Under the pieces are notes generated by a model that worked only from the letters and a program-made list of their open reading frames with translations, ran no database searches and had not been told where the DNA came from. The position numbers and the translations under genes are program-made. DNA of 52,477 nt from the IMG/VR virus record IMGVR_UViG_3300031774_000023, positions 1-52,477 of that record; one strand, written 5' to 3'. This stretch comes from a virus (taxonomy: Duplodnaviria; Caudoviricetes). Below are positions 11,151 to 19,615 of the stretch, in pieces; position 1 is the first letter of the stretch; every line of letters starts with the position of its first letter.

Positions 11151-11477
11151 CTAGTTAAATTTACTCCTAGGAACGTAACCCCAATCATTAGAATTTGTCC
11201 AACAATACTTAGCGTTTTGTAATTCAATCTCAGTTCTATCAGGTGTGTATTTTAAAAACATCTCATCACAGCTTTCACATTCCCAGAGAAGGACTCCATC
11301 TTTGGCACCCATTATTTCAACCCCTACTACCTCATCACAGCTGCAGTTAGGACAATGGTCTGGACTATCTTTGTAGATTTGTTTTTGGTTATGTACTAGC
11401 TTATCTAATATTTTACCTTTAACTCTATCTACTAAGTCAACTACTAATACCATTCTAGTTGAAAGTTCTTTTATCAT
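11151..11477 (-). CDS. Zn-ribbon protein
   Basis: CPNC and CESC pairs; 108 aa. Confidence 0.6.
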   Translation of the reverse strand: MIKELSTRMVLVVDLVDRVKGKILDKLVHNQKQIYKDSPDHCPNCSCDEVVGVEIMGAKDGVLLWECESCDEMFLKYTPDRTEIELQNAKYCWTNSNDWGYVPRSKFN

Positions 11478-11479
11478 TT

Positions 11480-11632
11480 TTAGCTCAGGCGGTTTTTAAC
11501 TTGAGCCCAAAGCTTATCATCAAGTTTATTAGAACTTTTAGATACTAAATAATCTCCTAAAGCAACAACGACAGATTTAATCATCTCTTCGCTGAAAATA
11601 CCTTTAAGTACACTTATTATTATTGCTTTCAT
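11480..11632 (-). CDS. Small 50-aa protein, possible lysis accessory (MKAIIISVLKGIFSEEMIKSVVVALGDYLVSKSSNKLDDKLWAQVKNRLS)
   Basis: Manually translated; AGGAG Shine-Dalgarno upstream; amphipathic. Confidence 0.6.
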   Translation of the reverse strand: MKAIIISVLKGIFSEEMIKSVVVALGDYLVSKSSNKLDDKLWAQVKNRLS

Positions 11633-11646
11633 TCATTCTCCTTTAT

Positions 11647-11763
11647 TTAATCCCAATCCTCATCGTCCATGTATATGTCAAACATTTCCCACTTACCTAA
11701 ATACCAGATACCTCCAACAAAGACTACTAAAAAGCCTAATACGAAGTATCCTAGGTTTGTCAT
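11647..11763 (-). CDS. 38-aa single-TM protein with acidic tail (MTNLGYFVLGFLVVFVGGIWYLGKWEMFDIYMDDEDWD)
   Basis: Manually translated; hydrophobic stretch; fits the operon. Confidence 0.55.
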   Translation of the reverse strand: MTNLGYFVLGFLVVFVGGIWYLGKWEMFDIYMDDEDWD

Positions 11764-11765
11764 AG

Positions 11766-11939
11766 CTATCCTCTCATCTTTCCAAATATTGTCATAATAC
11801 CAATTACTATAGCAATTGATAATGATGTAAATGTTAGTATTGGATTAAAATAGTTTGCATAGCTAATTATTGTAGATAAACAAGTCCAACTTAAGCCTAT
11901 CTCTGGATTGTTTGCCAAAATTTTTAATGTATCTTTCAT
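11766..11939 (-). CDS. Small two-TM membrane protein, holin candidate
   Basis: Start moved to 11939 (TAATG coupling). Two hydrophobic segments and a basic C-terminus. Confidence 0.55.
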   Translation of the reverse strand: MKDTLKILANNPEIGLSWTCLSTIISYANYFNPILTFTSLSIAIVIGIMTIFGKMRG

Positions 11940-12316
11940 TATTCCTCGCAATCATCCCATTTGGACAAATCCAACATAGGAAGTGGTTTCTCTATTATGT
12001 GACTTTTTAGCTGACCGTTTTGTATAGCTACTTTATTTCCACCTTTAATATAAGGCTTTCCTTTGGCGCAACCTACAGAGTAAACAAATAGAATTGTTTT
12101 CCAAATACCTACACGTACAACACGAGCAGGCTTTCCATCAAAGTGTATAACATCATCTGTATTTAAATCATTACCAAGAAATATCTTTAATCCCTCTACA
12201 GCTGATTCTATTGTTGATTTAAATATAAAGAGGAAGGAACCCCCCAATATAAGGTAAGCATAATCTCCTAAAACCCCTTTAACATAATCTTCCATTTTAA
12301 CCGATTGTATCCCCAT
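11939..12316 (-). CDS. Membrane protein with an MscS-like beta domain
   Basis: TM segment followed by LGNDLNTDDVIHFDGKPARVVRVGIWKT, resembling the MscS middle-domain pattern GDxIxxxGxxGxVxxIGxxxT. Confidence 0.5.
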   Translation of the reverse strand: MGIQSVKMEDYVKGVLGDYAYLILGGSFLFIFKSTIESAVEGLKIFLGNDLNTDDVIHFDGKPARVVRVGIWKTILFVYSVGCAKGKPYIKGGNKVAIQNGQLKSHIIEKPLPMLDLSKWDDCEE

Positions 12317-12325
12317 AATTAAATA

Positions 12326-12736
12326 TTAAAAATCTTGCGGTACGATTCTCCCTGTTCCTAGCATATTTGTAACTCTAGCTTTAGCTTTTTTTAATTGTTT
12401 CTCATATATAGCTTCAAAATATTCTGCGCTTTGAAGGTCTTTATTCCTTGGGTCTCTATAGCCTATTGCTATAACTTTATCAGCTATACATTTATGAAAT
12501 CTTTCAGGAATTAGTGACCATTTCGTAATAGGGCTAACAGCATCTGGGTCTGTTAAATCAACATCTGAAAAAACACCTACTATTCTTAAATTATTAGTTC
12601 CAGTTAATTCAATTGTTTTATAATCACTTGTCCATCCATTTTTAGTAACAGCACTAGTAGCTTTTTCCACTAAAGCCATTTTAAACGAACCTGAATTACC
12701 ATCTATATACCAAAAATATTCTTTTTTATCTGCCAT
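12326..12736 (-). CDS. Virion protein resembling the C-terminal half of a head-tail adaptor
   Basis: IPERFHKCIADKVIAIGY motif typical of adaptor C-termini. Confidence 0.5.
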   Translation of the reverse strand: MADKKEYFWYIDGNSGSFKMALVEKATSAVTKNGWTSDYKTIELTGTNNLRIVGVFSDVDLTDPDAVSPITKWSLIPERFHKCIADKVIAIGYRDPRNKDLQSAEYFEAIYEKQLKKAKARVTNMLGTGRIVPQDF

Positions 12737-12738
12737 AA

Positions 12739-13035
12739 TTAACTACCATCCTCTATAATAGGGTTTCCTTGAAGTCTTGGGATTCTAACATCATCTAAGT
12801 AAACTTCTTTTATGCTTATTAATTCCATAGGAAATGCACTAGTATTAGTATTAAAATCAGGAAGAGTATACCATCTTGTTCCAGATACAGTATCAATAGT
12901 TACATTACTAGATGCTGTCATTTTAGTATCTTCACAAAATTCTCTCATAGATTGATTTAAAAGGAGTAAAATCTCTGTTTCACCCATATGAGGATGATGC
13001 TGTTGAACAAGTTCTATTAGTTGTTTAGCTGTCAT
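12739..13035 (-). CDS. Virion protein resembling the N-terminal half of a head-tail adaptor
   Basis: MTAKQLIELVQ...LLNQSMREFCEDT...GTRWYTLP pattern. Confidence 0.55.
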   Translation of the reverse strand: MTAKQLIELVQQHHPHMGETEILLLLNQSMREFCEDTKMTASSNVTIDTVSGTRWYTLPDFNTNTSAFPMELISIKEVYLDDVRIPRLQGNPIIEDGS

Positions 13036-13736
13036 TATTCTCCCTCTGGTTTTTGCTGACCTGTATATCTTTGCATTTCAGCCATAAAATCTTTTTCTAA
13101 TAATTGCATTTGAGTACTTATCATTTGCATAAGTTCTATATCTTCTTCATCTTGAACTTGATTACTTATATAAGCTTTAAGTATATTAACACTGCTTTTT
13201 AAAGCTACAGCATGTATTAAATTATTTGGCAAATAAACCGCAGTATTTAAAGTAGCTTCTGTTAAATCTGCTATATCACTATCAGGTACTGTAGACGTAA
13301 CATATGTAAAATACCAAATCCTTGCTTGTTGTCCTACAGAATTAGGTGTAGGTAAAACCTTAAGTGTAGATGCTCCATCATTAGCTGTATCGTGATGAAA
13401 GATAGGACTATAAGCAGTAGCTTCATATATACTTCCACTATCTCCTGCTACAGCAAATCCCCTTCTATCAACACCTAGACATTCTCTTTCAATACCATTG
13501 CTATTAGAATCTACTCTTGTAACCTTTAATATTTTCCTACCTTCAGTAAGCCACTCAGATGCAGAAGTAAGGACTCCAGGAGTTTTAGAATATTTGACAA
13601 GCACTTCAATAGGAAGCATATCTGCTATTTCATTTATAGCAGCATTAATCAAATCACCTTCGTAATCAACATCGGTACTGTATATAGCTCCTATTAAGTC
13701 TGTAATTCTTTGTCCTAAGTTTCCACCTTGTGCCAT
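13035..13736 (-). CDS. Head-tail adaptor / tail-tubular-A-like protein
   Basis: LINAAINEIADMLP ... LPNNLIHAVALK; lies downstream of the capsid genes. Confidence 0.5.
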   Translation of the reverse strand: MAQGGNLGQRITDLIGAIYSTDVDYEGDLINAAINEIADMLPIEVLVKYSKTPGVLTSASEWLTEGRKILKVTRVDSNSNGIERECLGVDRRGFAVAGDSGSIYEATAYSPIFHHDTANDGASTLKVLPTPNSVGQQARIWYFTYVTSTVPDSDIADLTEATLNTAVYLPNNLIHAVALKSSVNILKAYISNQVQDEEDIELMQMISTQMQLLEKDFMAEMQRYTGQQKPEGE

Positions 13737-13849
13737 TATTTACCTTTTTTCTTATTCTTTAAATTTAACTTTCTTCTAGTATCTATCTTAGTACCATGCC
13801 AAGGATTACCCATACTAGTTGAGAATCTATTAGCTAATTTCTTTGCCAT
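13736..13849 (-). CDS. 37-aa basic peptide (MAKKLANRFSTSMGNPWHGTKIDTRRKLNLKNKKKGK)
   Basis: TAATG coupling at both ends. Confidence 0.55.
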   Translation of the reverse strand: MAKKLANRFSTSMGNPWHGTKIDTRRKLNLKNKKKGK

Positions 13850-14409
13850 TAATACTCTATATGCAATATTAAATCAACTGAATCTGCTTGAAAAGTTGGT
13901 GTTCCTGCTGTTATAATAGCTGAAACATAAGCAGATGTTGAATTAGATGCTGCTTGTAATAATTGTGGCTCATTTGATACTCCTGCGTTAGACGTGCTAT
14001 AGCAACTTGCAAAAAATCTTGAATTGTCTATATGTGTAGTTTGAGCCGCAGAGCCATCAAGAAATATCATGCCTGTTAAATTTGCCGCTTCAAAAGTAGA
14101 ATCACCAGCATTAGCAGTAGCCTTTTGTGTTCCAAGTGTCAAAGAATTTTCTGAAAATATAAATGTTGCATCTATTGTTGAACCTATTTGAGAATATATA
14201 TACATACTTATTAGCTTAGAACATCCTCCAATTTCTTTTACTGCATTTGGTATTTCAATTGCATTAAATAAAACATCACCATCAGCATAAGCAGATGTTG
14301 CTAATACAGGTGTAAGTCTTATGACTTTACGCCTACCAGTAGATATAGAGCTACCAGCACTATTAGCTGCAACTGATACACCTGCATTTGTTATTGTTAA
14401 ATCACTCAT
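13849..14409 (-). CDS. Virion structural protein (decoration/spike-like)
   Basis: 186 aa, Ala/Ser/Thr-rich, beta-type; AAGGAG SD; in the head module. Confidence 0.55.
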   Translation of the reverse strand: MSDLTITNAGVSVAANSAGSSISTGRRKVIRLTPVLATSAYADGDVLFNAIEIPNAVKEIGGCSKLISMYIYSQIGSTIDATFIFSENSLTLGTQKATANAGDSTFEAANLTGMIFLDGSAAQTTHIDNSRFFASCYSTSNAGVSNEPQLLQAASNSTSAYVSAIITAGTPTFQADSVDLILHIEY

Positions 14410-14433
14410 TTCTCTCCTTTAAAATTTGTGTAA

Positions 14434-14452
14434 ATGGGGCACAAGGCCCCAT
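14434..14452 (-). terminator. GC-rich hairpin downstream of the capsid/decoration genes (attenuator or weak terminator)
   Basis: atggggc-acaag-gccccat, 7-bp perfect stem; only a weak U tail. Confidence 0.5.
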
Positions 14453-14473
14453 CTACGATTGTTAAACTAACCA

Positions 14474-14947
14474 CTATGATGGGTCTCCACCAGACACTCC
14501 TGCAGTTGTTATTGACACATCTCCTTGTGCTCCATCATCTTGAGAAACGATTACTCTAAAATGATTAGAGCTTTCATCAGCCGCTGAATGTAAAGCTATT
14601 TTAAAGAAAGGATATGGATATAATGCTAGATTAACTGTTCCTCCAGTATAACCATTTGCATTACCACCACTACCATATGCCGTAGCAACATCATCTGCAA
14701 CCTTAACATATGTGCCGCCTTCAGTATTACAAGCATATAAATCTACAACAATTGCTCCGCTAGAAGCGTCATCAATTTCTGTAGTTACACTTATAGTACT
14801 TAACGATACATTTGTACCTACTTTAATAGCATCTGAAAGAGCAGCAGTAGCATTTGTTAAAGCTGTCCCATTTGCATCTAAAGTAGTTCCTAAGTCAAGG
14901 TTATACATTCTTTTGACACCACCTACACTATCTTCTGTCCAAGCCAT
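14474..14947 (-). CDS. Capsid decoration / minor capsid protein
   Basis: 157 aa directly after the MCP; GGAGG SD. Confidence 0.55.
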   Translation of the reverse strand: MAWTEDSVGGVKRMYNLDLGTTLDANGTALTNATAALSDAIKVGTNVSLSTISVTTEIDDASSGAIVVDLYACNTEGGTYVKVADDVATAYGSGGNANGYTGGTVNLALYPYPFFKIALHSAADESSNHFRVIVSQDDGAQGDVSITTAGVSGGDPS

Positions 14948-14960
14948 TATCTACCTCCCC

Positions 14961-16367
14961 TTAAGAAAACTTAAGAATTGCGTGAGTTTCAGGAACACTA
15001 ATTTCCAATCCAGATTCAGTGATAATCTGGTCTTGACGACCATCTACACCGTTGTCTTGTACATTAGTTTCAATGAAGGTGTCTCGACTAACACCATTTC
15101 CACTTAGTGGTCTATAAGCCACATTCTTCATATCAACACAAACTGCATAATCTTCCCAAGGTCCTCTTAATAAAGGCTCTTGAACAAAGTGTAAATTACC
15201 AAATATAGTATTTACCATTGTTACTGTATGCCCGAAAGCACCAGGGATTGACTCTACATCTAATCGATACTGAGATGAACCTACAGAGTTATTTAAAAAG
15301 CTACCACTACCTAATTTATTTAAGTAAGTAATAACTTTTCTTGAAGCTAGTACTAGTTTATTACCACTATTACCAGATTCAGGAGCAAAGAAATCCTCCA
15401 TTGCGTCCAAGAAAGCATCATAACCAGATGAAGCATAAGACATAGTGTAGACTTTACCATATGATTCAGTATAAGGTAATATACCCCAAGTAGCTCTACA
15501 AGGAGCGCCTGAGTTAGATACACCATCAGCTGAACTTCTAGCGTCATTAGTACCTCTACCAAATAACATAGCTTGTTCTATATCCATCTTATGTTCCATA
15601 AGTTTATCTTGCCAGATTCTTTGAAATTCATTAGCAATACCTCTATATTCAGTAGCTAAAGAAGTACCTGAGAATATATTCATACCTGTTTTGAAGATTT
15701 GACAGTATCCTTCTCTGTCATATAAATTATCTTCCCAACCAAGTGGAGAATCAGTACCCTCAGCCCATGCTGAACCAACAACTTGACCTTTATTACCAGC
15801 AGTAAATACTGTGCCATTAGGTATAGCTTTACCTACAGGACTTAGCATTTCACCAGCAATACTAGTTTTGTTGTCAGTTGTTTCATGAGCAATATTATTA
15901 GTAGTAGCAGCTGTACTAGCAGAACTAGTAACTAAAGCGCTTTCACTAATTTTTATATTATAAACTTCACCATCATCTGCTTTGATTGCAAGTACTTGAC
16001 CAGGCAAAAGAAAAGTACATTCAGATGCACTTGCTATTTTACCATACTCATCATACTTACATGTAAGTAGTAAATCAACACCTGCTCCAAGGACTTCACT
16101 TGCTACCATCTCTTCAGCTAGTGTTAATGTTGTATCTACTTCAAAGTTCCTTCTTTGCCACTGATGTCTCTGTTCAAGAAATTTAAACACAGGGTCATTA
16201 GTAGCTTTTTTTGCCACCTTCGATAAATATACGAAGAATGGACTTTGCATTGGGGCTAACTCTGCTACTCTTTCGCCAAAATTAAACTTTCGTCTAGTAT
16301 TATCAATACTAACGCCAGAATTTAGCGCATTACCAGCAGAATTAGACCATACTGTTGCGTCTGCCAT
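14961..16367 (-). CDS. Major capsid protein (HK97 fold, SU10/DUF5309-like)
   Basis: 468 aa; SPFFVYL, YCQIFKT, EHKMDIEQAMLFG and DGRQDQIITESGLEI motifs; follows the scaffold. Confidence 0.85.
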   Translation of the reverse strand: MADATVWSNSAGNALNSGVSIDNTRRKFNFGERVAELAPMQSPFFVYLSKVAKKATNDPVFKFLEQRHQWQRRNFEVDTTLTLAEEMVASEVLGAGVDLLLTCKYDEYGKIASASECTFLLPGQVLAIKADDGEVYNIKISESALVTSSASTAATTNNIAHETTDNKTSIAGEMLSPVGKAIPNGTVFTAGNKGQVVGSAWAEGTDSPLGWEDNLYDREGYCQIFKTGMNIFSGTSLATEYRGIANEFQRIWQDKLMEHKMDIEQAMLFGRGTNDARSSADGVSNSGAPCRATWGILPYTESYGKVYTMSYASSGYDAFLDAMEDFFAPESGNSGNKLVLASRKVITYLNKLGSGSFLNNSVGSSQYRLDVESIPGAFGHTVTMVNTIFGNLHFVQEPLLRGPWEDYAVCVDMKNVAYRPLSGNGVSRDTFIETNVQDNGVDGRQDQIITESGLEISVPETHAILKFS

Positions 16368-16437
16368 TTGTTTCCATCCTTATTTGTGCCCATCTTCAGC
16401 TGTCTTATTAGACCTTCGGGTAGGGCGGTTTATTAAA

Positions 16438-17370
16438 CTATTTCCAAGGGTTTTTACTATTAAAATTCCCTATCATTGTGTCCATAACTTTATCTTCAAA
16501 AGATGTATTATCAACATTAGATTGTCCAGAAGGCATTACTCCCATAGGAGATGGTACTTGCTGTGCATTCTTTGTTTGTTGAAAAGAAGCAGAAGGCTGT
16601 GCAGGTGCATTAGTCTGCGGTGCTGCCCCTCCTTGTTGCATTCTATACAATTGAACTAAGTTATCAACATTTATTGAGCTAGGGTCTGACATTTTTTGCA
16701 TAAAATCATTAGCTTCACCTTCGTTCATACCATGGTGACCCATAACATGATTCCTTATCTCAGATACTTGAGTAGCTTGAACTTGAGCCGCTTCTTGTCT
16801 TTTAGCAGCTTCAATCCTATCGTTTTCCATTCTATTGAATTTATCTTCGATAACAGCTGTTTGGTATTGAGATTTAAGTGAATTATACTCATTTATATCA
16901 TCACGCCATCCTTCTAACTCATCTAAGTACCTAGCACTCTCACTAGAAGGGTCGCTATATGCTTCCTCTCTATTAAAGCTTCTAGGTTGTTGTGGCTTAT
17001 CAGGAGCAGCAGGAAATTCCTCAACAGTAGGCTCAGTCTCAGCAATTGGCTGTGTTTGAACAGGTGCTTGCTGTTGTTTAATAGATTCTAACTCATTTTT
17101 ATACTTATCAGCTTGTGACTGCCAGTATTGAAATCGAGTTTCATCATTATTAGACTGAACTGGTTGATTTTCTCCTACATCATTACTTACTTCAGGTTGT
17201 CCAGTCTCTACTGGAGCTGTTTCAGTATTTCCTTCGTTACCACTAGTAAAAGCACTCGAAACATCACTAGAGCCCTCTGGAGTACCAAACACAGCTTCTT
17301 CTAAAGAATTAAACTGTTGCTCATTACTACTTTCTTGAGGGGTGTCTGTCTGTATATTATCTTGTGTCAT
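16438..17370 (-). CDS. Scaffold protein
   Basis: Acidic, Gln/Pro-rich, YWQSQADK coiled coil; between portal and MCP. Confidence 0.75.
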   Translation of the reverse strand: MTQDNIQTDTPQESSNEQQFNSLEEAVFGTPEGSSDVSSAFTSGNEGNTETAPVETGQPEVSNDVGENQPVQSNNDETRFQYWQSQADKYKNELESIKQQQAPVQTQPIAETEPTVEEFPAAPDKPQQPRSFNREEAYSDPSSESARYLDELEGWRDDINEYNSLKSQYQTAVIEDKFNRMENDRIEAAKRQEAAQVQATQVSEIRNHVMGHHGMNEGEANDFMQKMSDPSSINVDNLVQLYRMQQGGAAPQTNAPAQPSASFQQTKNAQQVPSPMGVMPSGQSNVDNTSFEDKVMDTMIGNFNSKNPWK

Positions 17371-19580
17371 TATTTCTTTCTCCTTTTAGCTGCCTCTTTG
17401 CTACCACCAGAGGGTGAGCTTGTTTCTTTTGCAGAATCTCTTATCTGCGTTTTTATAGTAGCTAAGCTATCGTCAAGTCGTTTTTCATAAAGAGTACCTG
17501 CAGCTTTAGCTTTATTGCTAACCTGGTCAAGGTCTCCTTTAAACTTCTCAACTTCAACTTTCTTCTTAAGATTAACAGCTTCCCTATCTCTAGTTTGCAT
17601 GTCACCTTTAAGTTTTTTATTCTCTTCCTGAGCTTGTTGTAATGCTTGTTGCAATTTAGCAATCATATCAGTTCTTTGCATTACACCTTCCATATCAAAA
17701 ACTTCTGTTTTCTTGAGAACTTCTTCTCTATCAATAATACCTTTTTGGTATGCATCCATATAGAATTCTAGTTCAGCATATCTATTAGAAGGCAATGTTG
17801 AACCAGCTACAACTATAACGTCATACCTTCCTATAGTTATATCATTCATAACTTTTATTTCACCGCTCTTATCATCAACGAGCCTTTTATTTATTACATA
17901 TTCAGACAAAGAATTATTAGGCTGAACGACTCTAAATATCTTTTGAGTTGTATATAACTGTTGCATTAAAGATATAGCAACTTGCCCAGCTCTTGTTAAA
18001 GCTGCTTCTATATCAGCTAATTTAGATTTCATTTTTCTTTGACCAAACTCATCTATAGATATAGTAGCCTTATATGTTTGAGGAGCAGCCTGCGAATTTC
18101 CCATCATCATTTCATATAAGCCAAGGGCATGGTCAATATCATTCTTAGCAGTTAATTCATTTTGATATAATTCATTTGGAAGAGGTGTTGGTTGAACTGG
18201 CATAGGAGCTCCATCAGTAGGGTCATATGCTATTGCTACACCTGGTTGTGACCATTTTTCTTCAAAGTCTTTCATGTCGACACTCCCTTCGGGAACTAAT
18301 ATCTTAGTATTAGTACTTGTCGTAGCATGAGCTATTATCAAAGAACGTGTTTTATTTATATATTCTTGTAATCCCTTAATCATCCTCACATCTGAAACAG
18401 GGTAAGGAGTTCTAGTATGAACATTCATAATAGGTATTATAGGATAATCCTCTAAAGGTAAAATTCTTGAGTATAAATGCTTATCTCCAATTATAATACA
18501 TTGTTTAACCTTTTTAATTGTAACCTTTACAATGTCTATTTGGTTTTGTTCTATTAAATCTTTATAAGTTATTTGCTCTGCATTTACTTCTACTTCTGGT
18601 AATTCAGCACTTTCATCATAACCCATTTGTTGCATTTCTTGAGCTTGTTGCAACTGTTGATTTTGTTTCATCTCAACTAATTGTTGATATAGTTTTCCAG
18701 CTTGTTCTGCATCTGTAAGTATATTACCCTCTATAATCCAAGCTGGTCTTTCTGAATATGACTGAAAATCCTCTTCAGACAATAACTCTTCCTTACCTGA
18801 AAACTTTTCAAAAGTCCTATATTCCATTACATCAACTTTATAATATCTTTCGTAACCCCTTATATAGTCTTGATTATTTAATCTGCCTACATCTTCAGGG
18901 AACTGAACCTCTCCATCATCTTCTCTTCCAGTGTCAGGAGCATTCCAATCTATCCTACTTCCAGATTCGTCAGACGCATTATCTATTGCTTTTGAATACA
19001 TAGGCCATACTTTTTTAGCCTGTTCTTTAGTAAACAACTTAGAAACTATTATATTTTCAGCATCATCAAAAAACCTATGTCGACTATTTGGGTCAACATA
19101 TACATCTAATGGGTCTACATCATGAAAACATACTTCACCTTTACCCATATCCATCATAGGGTCTTGATATACATTAATATAACCAACCCCCATAACATAG
19201 TAATCATCAACTGCTTGACGAATAACTGTTCTTCCATCTGATATATCATACATATATGATAAAAGAGCACTCATTACTTGAGCTACCTTATTATCAGAGT
19301 CTTCTCTAGGAGCAGCTCTAAATGAAGGTCTATTAGCTGTTAACATCGATTTAGCTGATTCTACAGCTGGATGCACTCTATTTATAACAATAGGTGCTTG
19401 ACCCCTTGCTTCAAGTGTTTGCCTTTGACTTTTAGACCATTGTTTACCTAATCTGAATTCTTTATCTTCTTTGGCTTGTTGTGCCCAGGTATCTCTTTTG
19501 CTAGAGTATTTATCGAAGAGGTCTAGTGTCTCGTCTATTATATTATTTTTAGATTTACCATCTTTTTTAGTATATGCCAT
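17370..19580 (-). CDS. Portal protein (P22-like)
   Basis: 736 aa; GKQWS...RGQAPIVINRV, DPLDVYVDP, QEYINKTRS and C-terminal coiled-coil barrel. Confidence 0.9.
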   Translation of the reverse strand: MAYTKKDGKSKNNIIDETLDLFDKYSSKRDTWAQQAKEDKEFRLGKQWSKSQRQTLEARGQAPIVINRVHPAVESAKSMLTANRPSFRAAPREDSDNKVAQVMSALLSYMYDISDGRTVIRQAVDDYYVMGVGYINVYQDPMMDMGKGEVCFHDVDPLDVYVDPNSRHRFFDDAENIIVSKLFTKEQAKKVWPMYSKAIDNASDESGSRIDWNAPDTGREDDGEVQFPEDVGRLNNQDYIRGYERYYKVDVMEYRTFEKFSGKEELLSEEDFQSYSERPAWIIEGNILTDAEQAGKLYQQLVEMKQNQQLQQAQEMQQMGYDESAELPEVEVNAEQITYKDLIEQNQIDIVKVTIKKVKQCIIIGDKHLYSRILPLEDYPIIPIMNVHTRTPYPVSDVRMIKGLQEYINKTRSLIIAHATTSTNTKILVPEGSVDMKDFEEKWSQPGVAIAYDPTDGAPMPVQPTPLPNELYQNELTAKNDIDHALGLYEMMMGNSQAAPQTYKATISIDEFGQRKMKSKLADIEAALTRAGQVAISLMQQLYTTQKIFRVVQPNNSLSEYVINKRLVDDKSGEIKVMNDITIGRYDVIVVAGSTLPSNRYAELEFYMDAYQKGIIDREEVLKKTEVFDMEGVMQRTDMIAKLQQALQQAQEENKKLKGDMQTRDREAVNLKKKVEVEKFKGDLDQVSNKAKAAGTLYEKRLDDSLATIKTQIRDSAKETSSPSGGSKEAAKRRKK

Positions 19581-19586
19581 ATGCCT

Positions 19587-19615
19587 AATTTACCACTACA
19601 TTGTCATCCAATCAA
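19587..19615 (-). promoter_or_regulatory. sigma70-like promoter TTGATT-N17-TAAATT (extended TGn), predicting a leaderless portal mRNA
   Basis: The -10 box ends 6 nt before the portal ATG; no SD is visible. Confidence 0.5.

Noticed and set aside
16388-16426. Hammerhead ribozyme (CUGAAGA on the minus strand)
   Set aside because: The GAAA and three stems cannot be arranged in the required topology.
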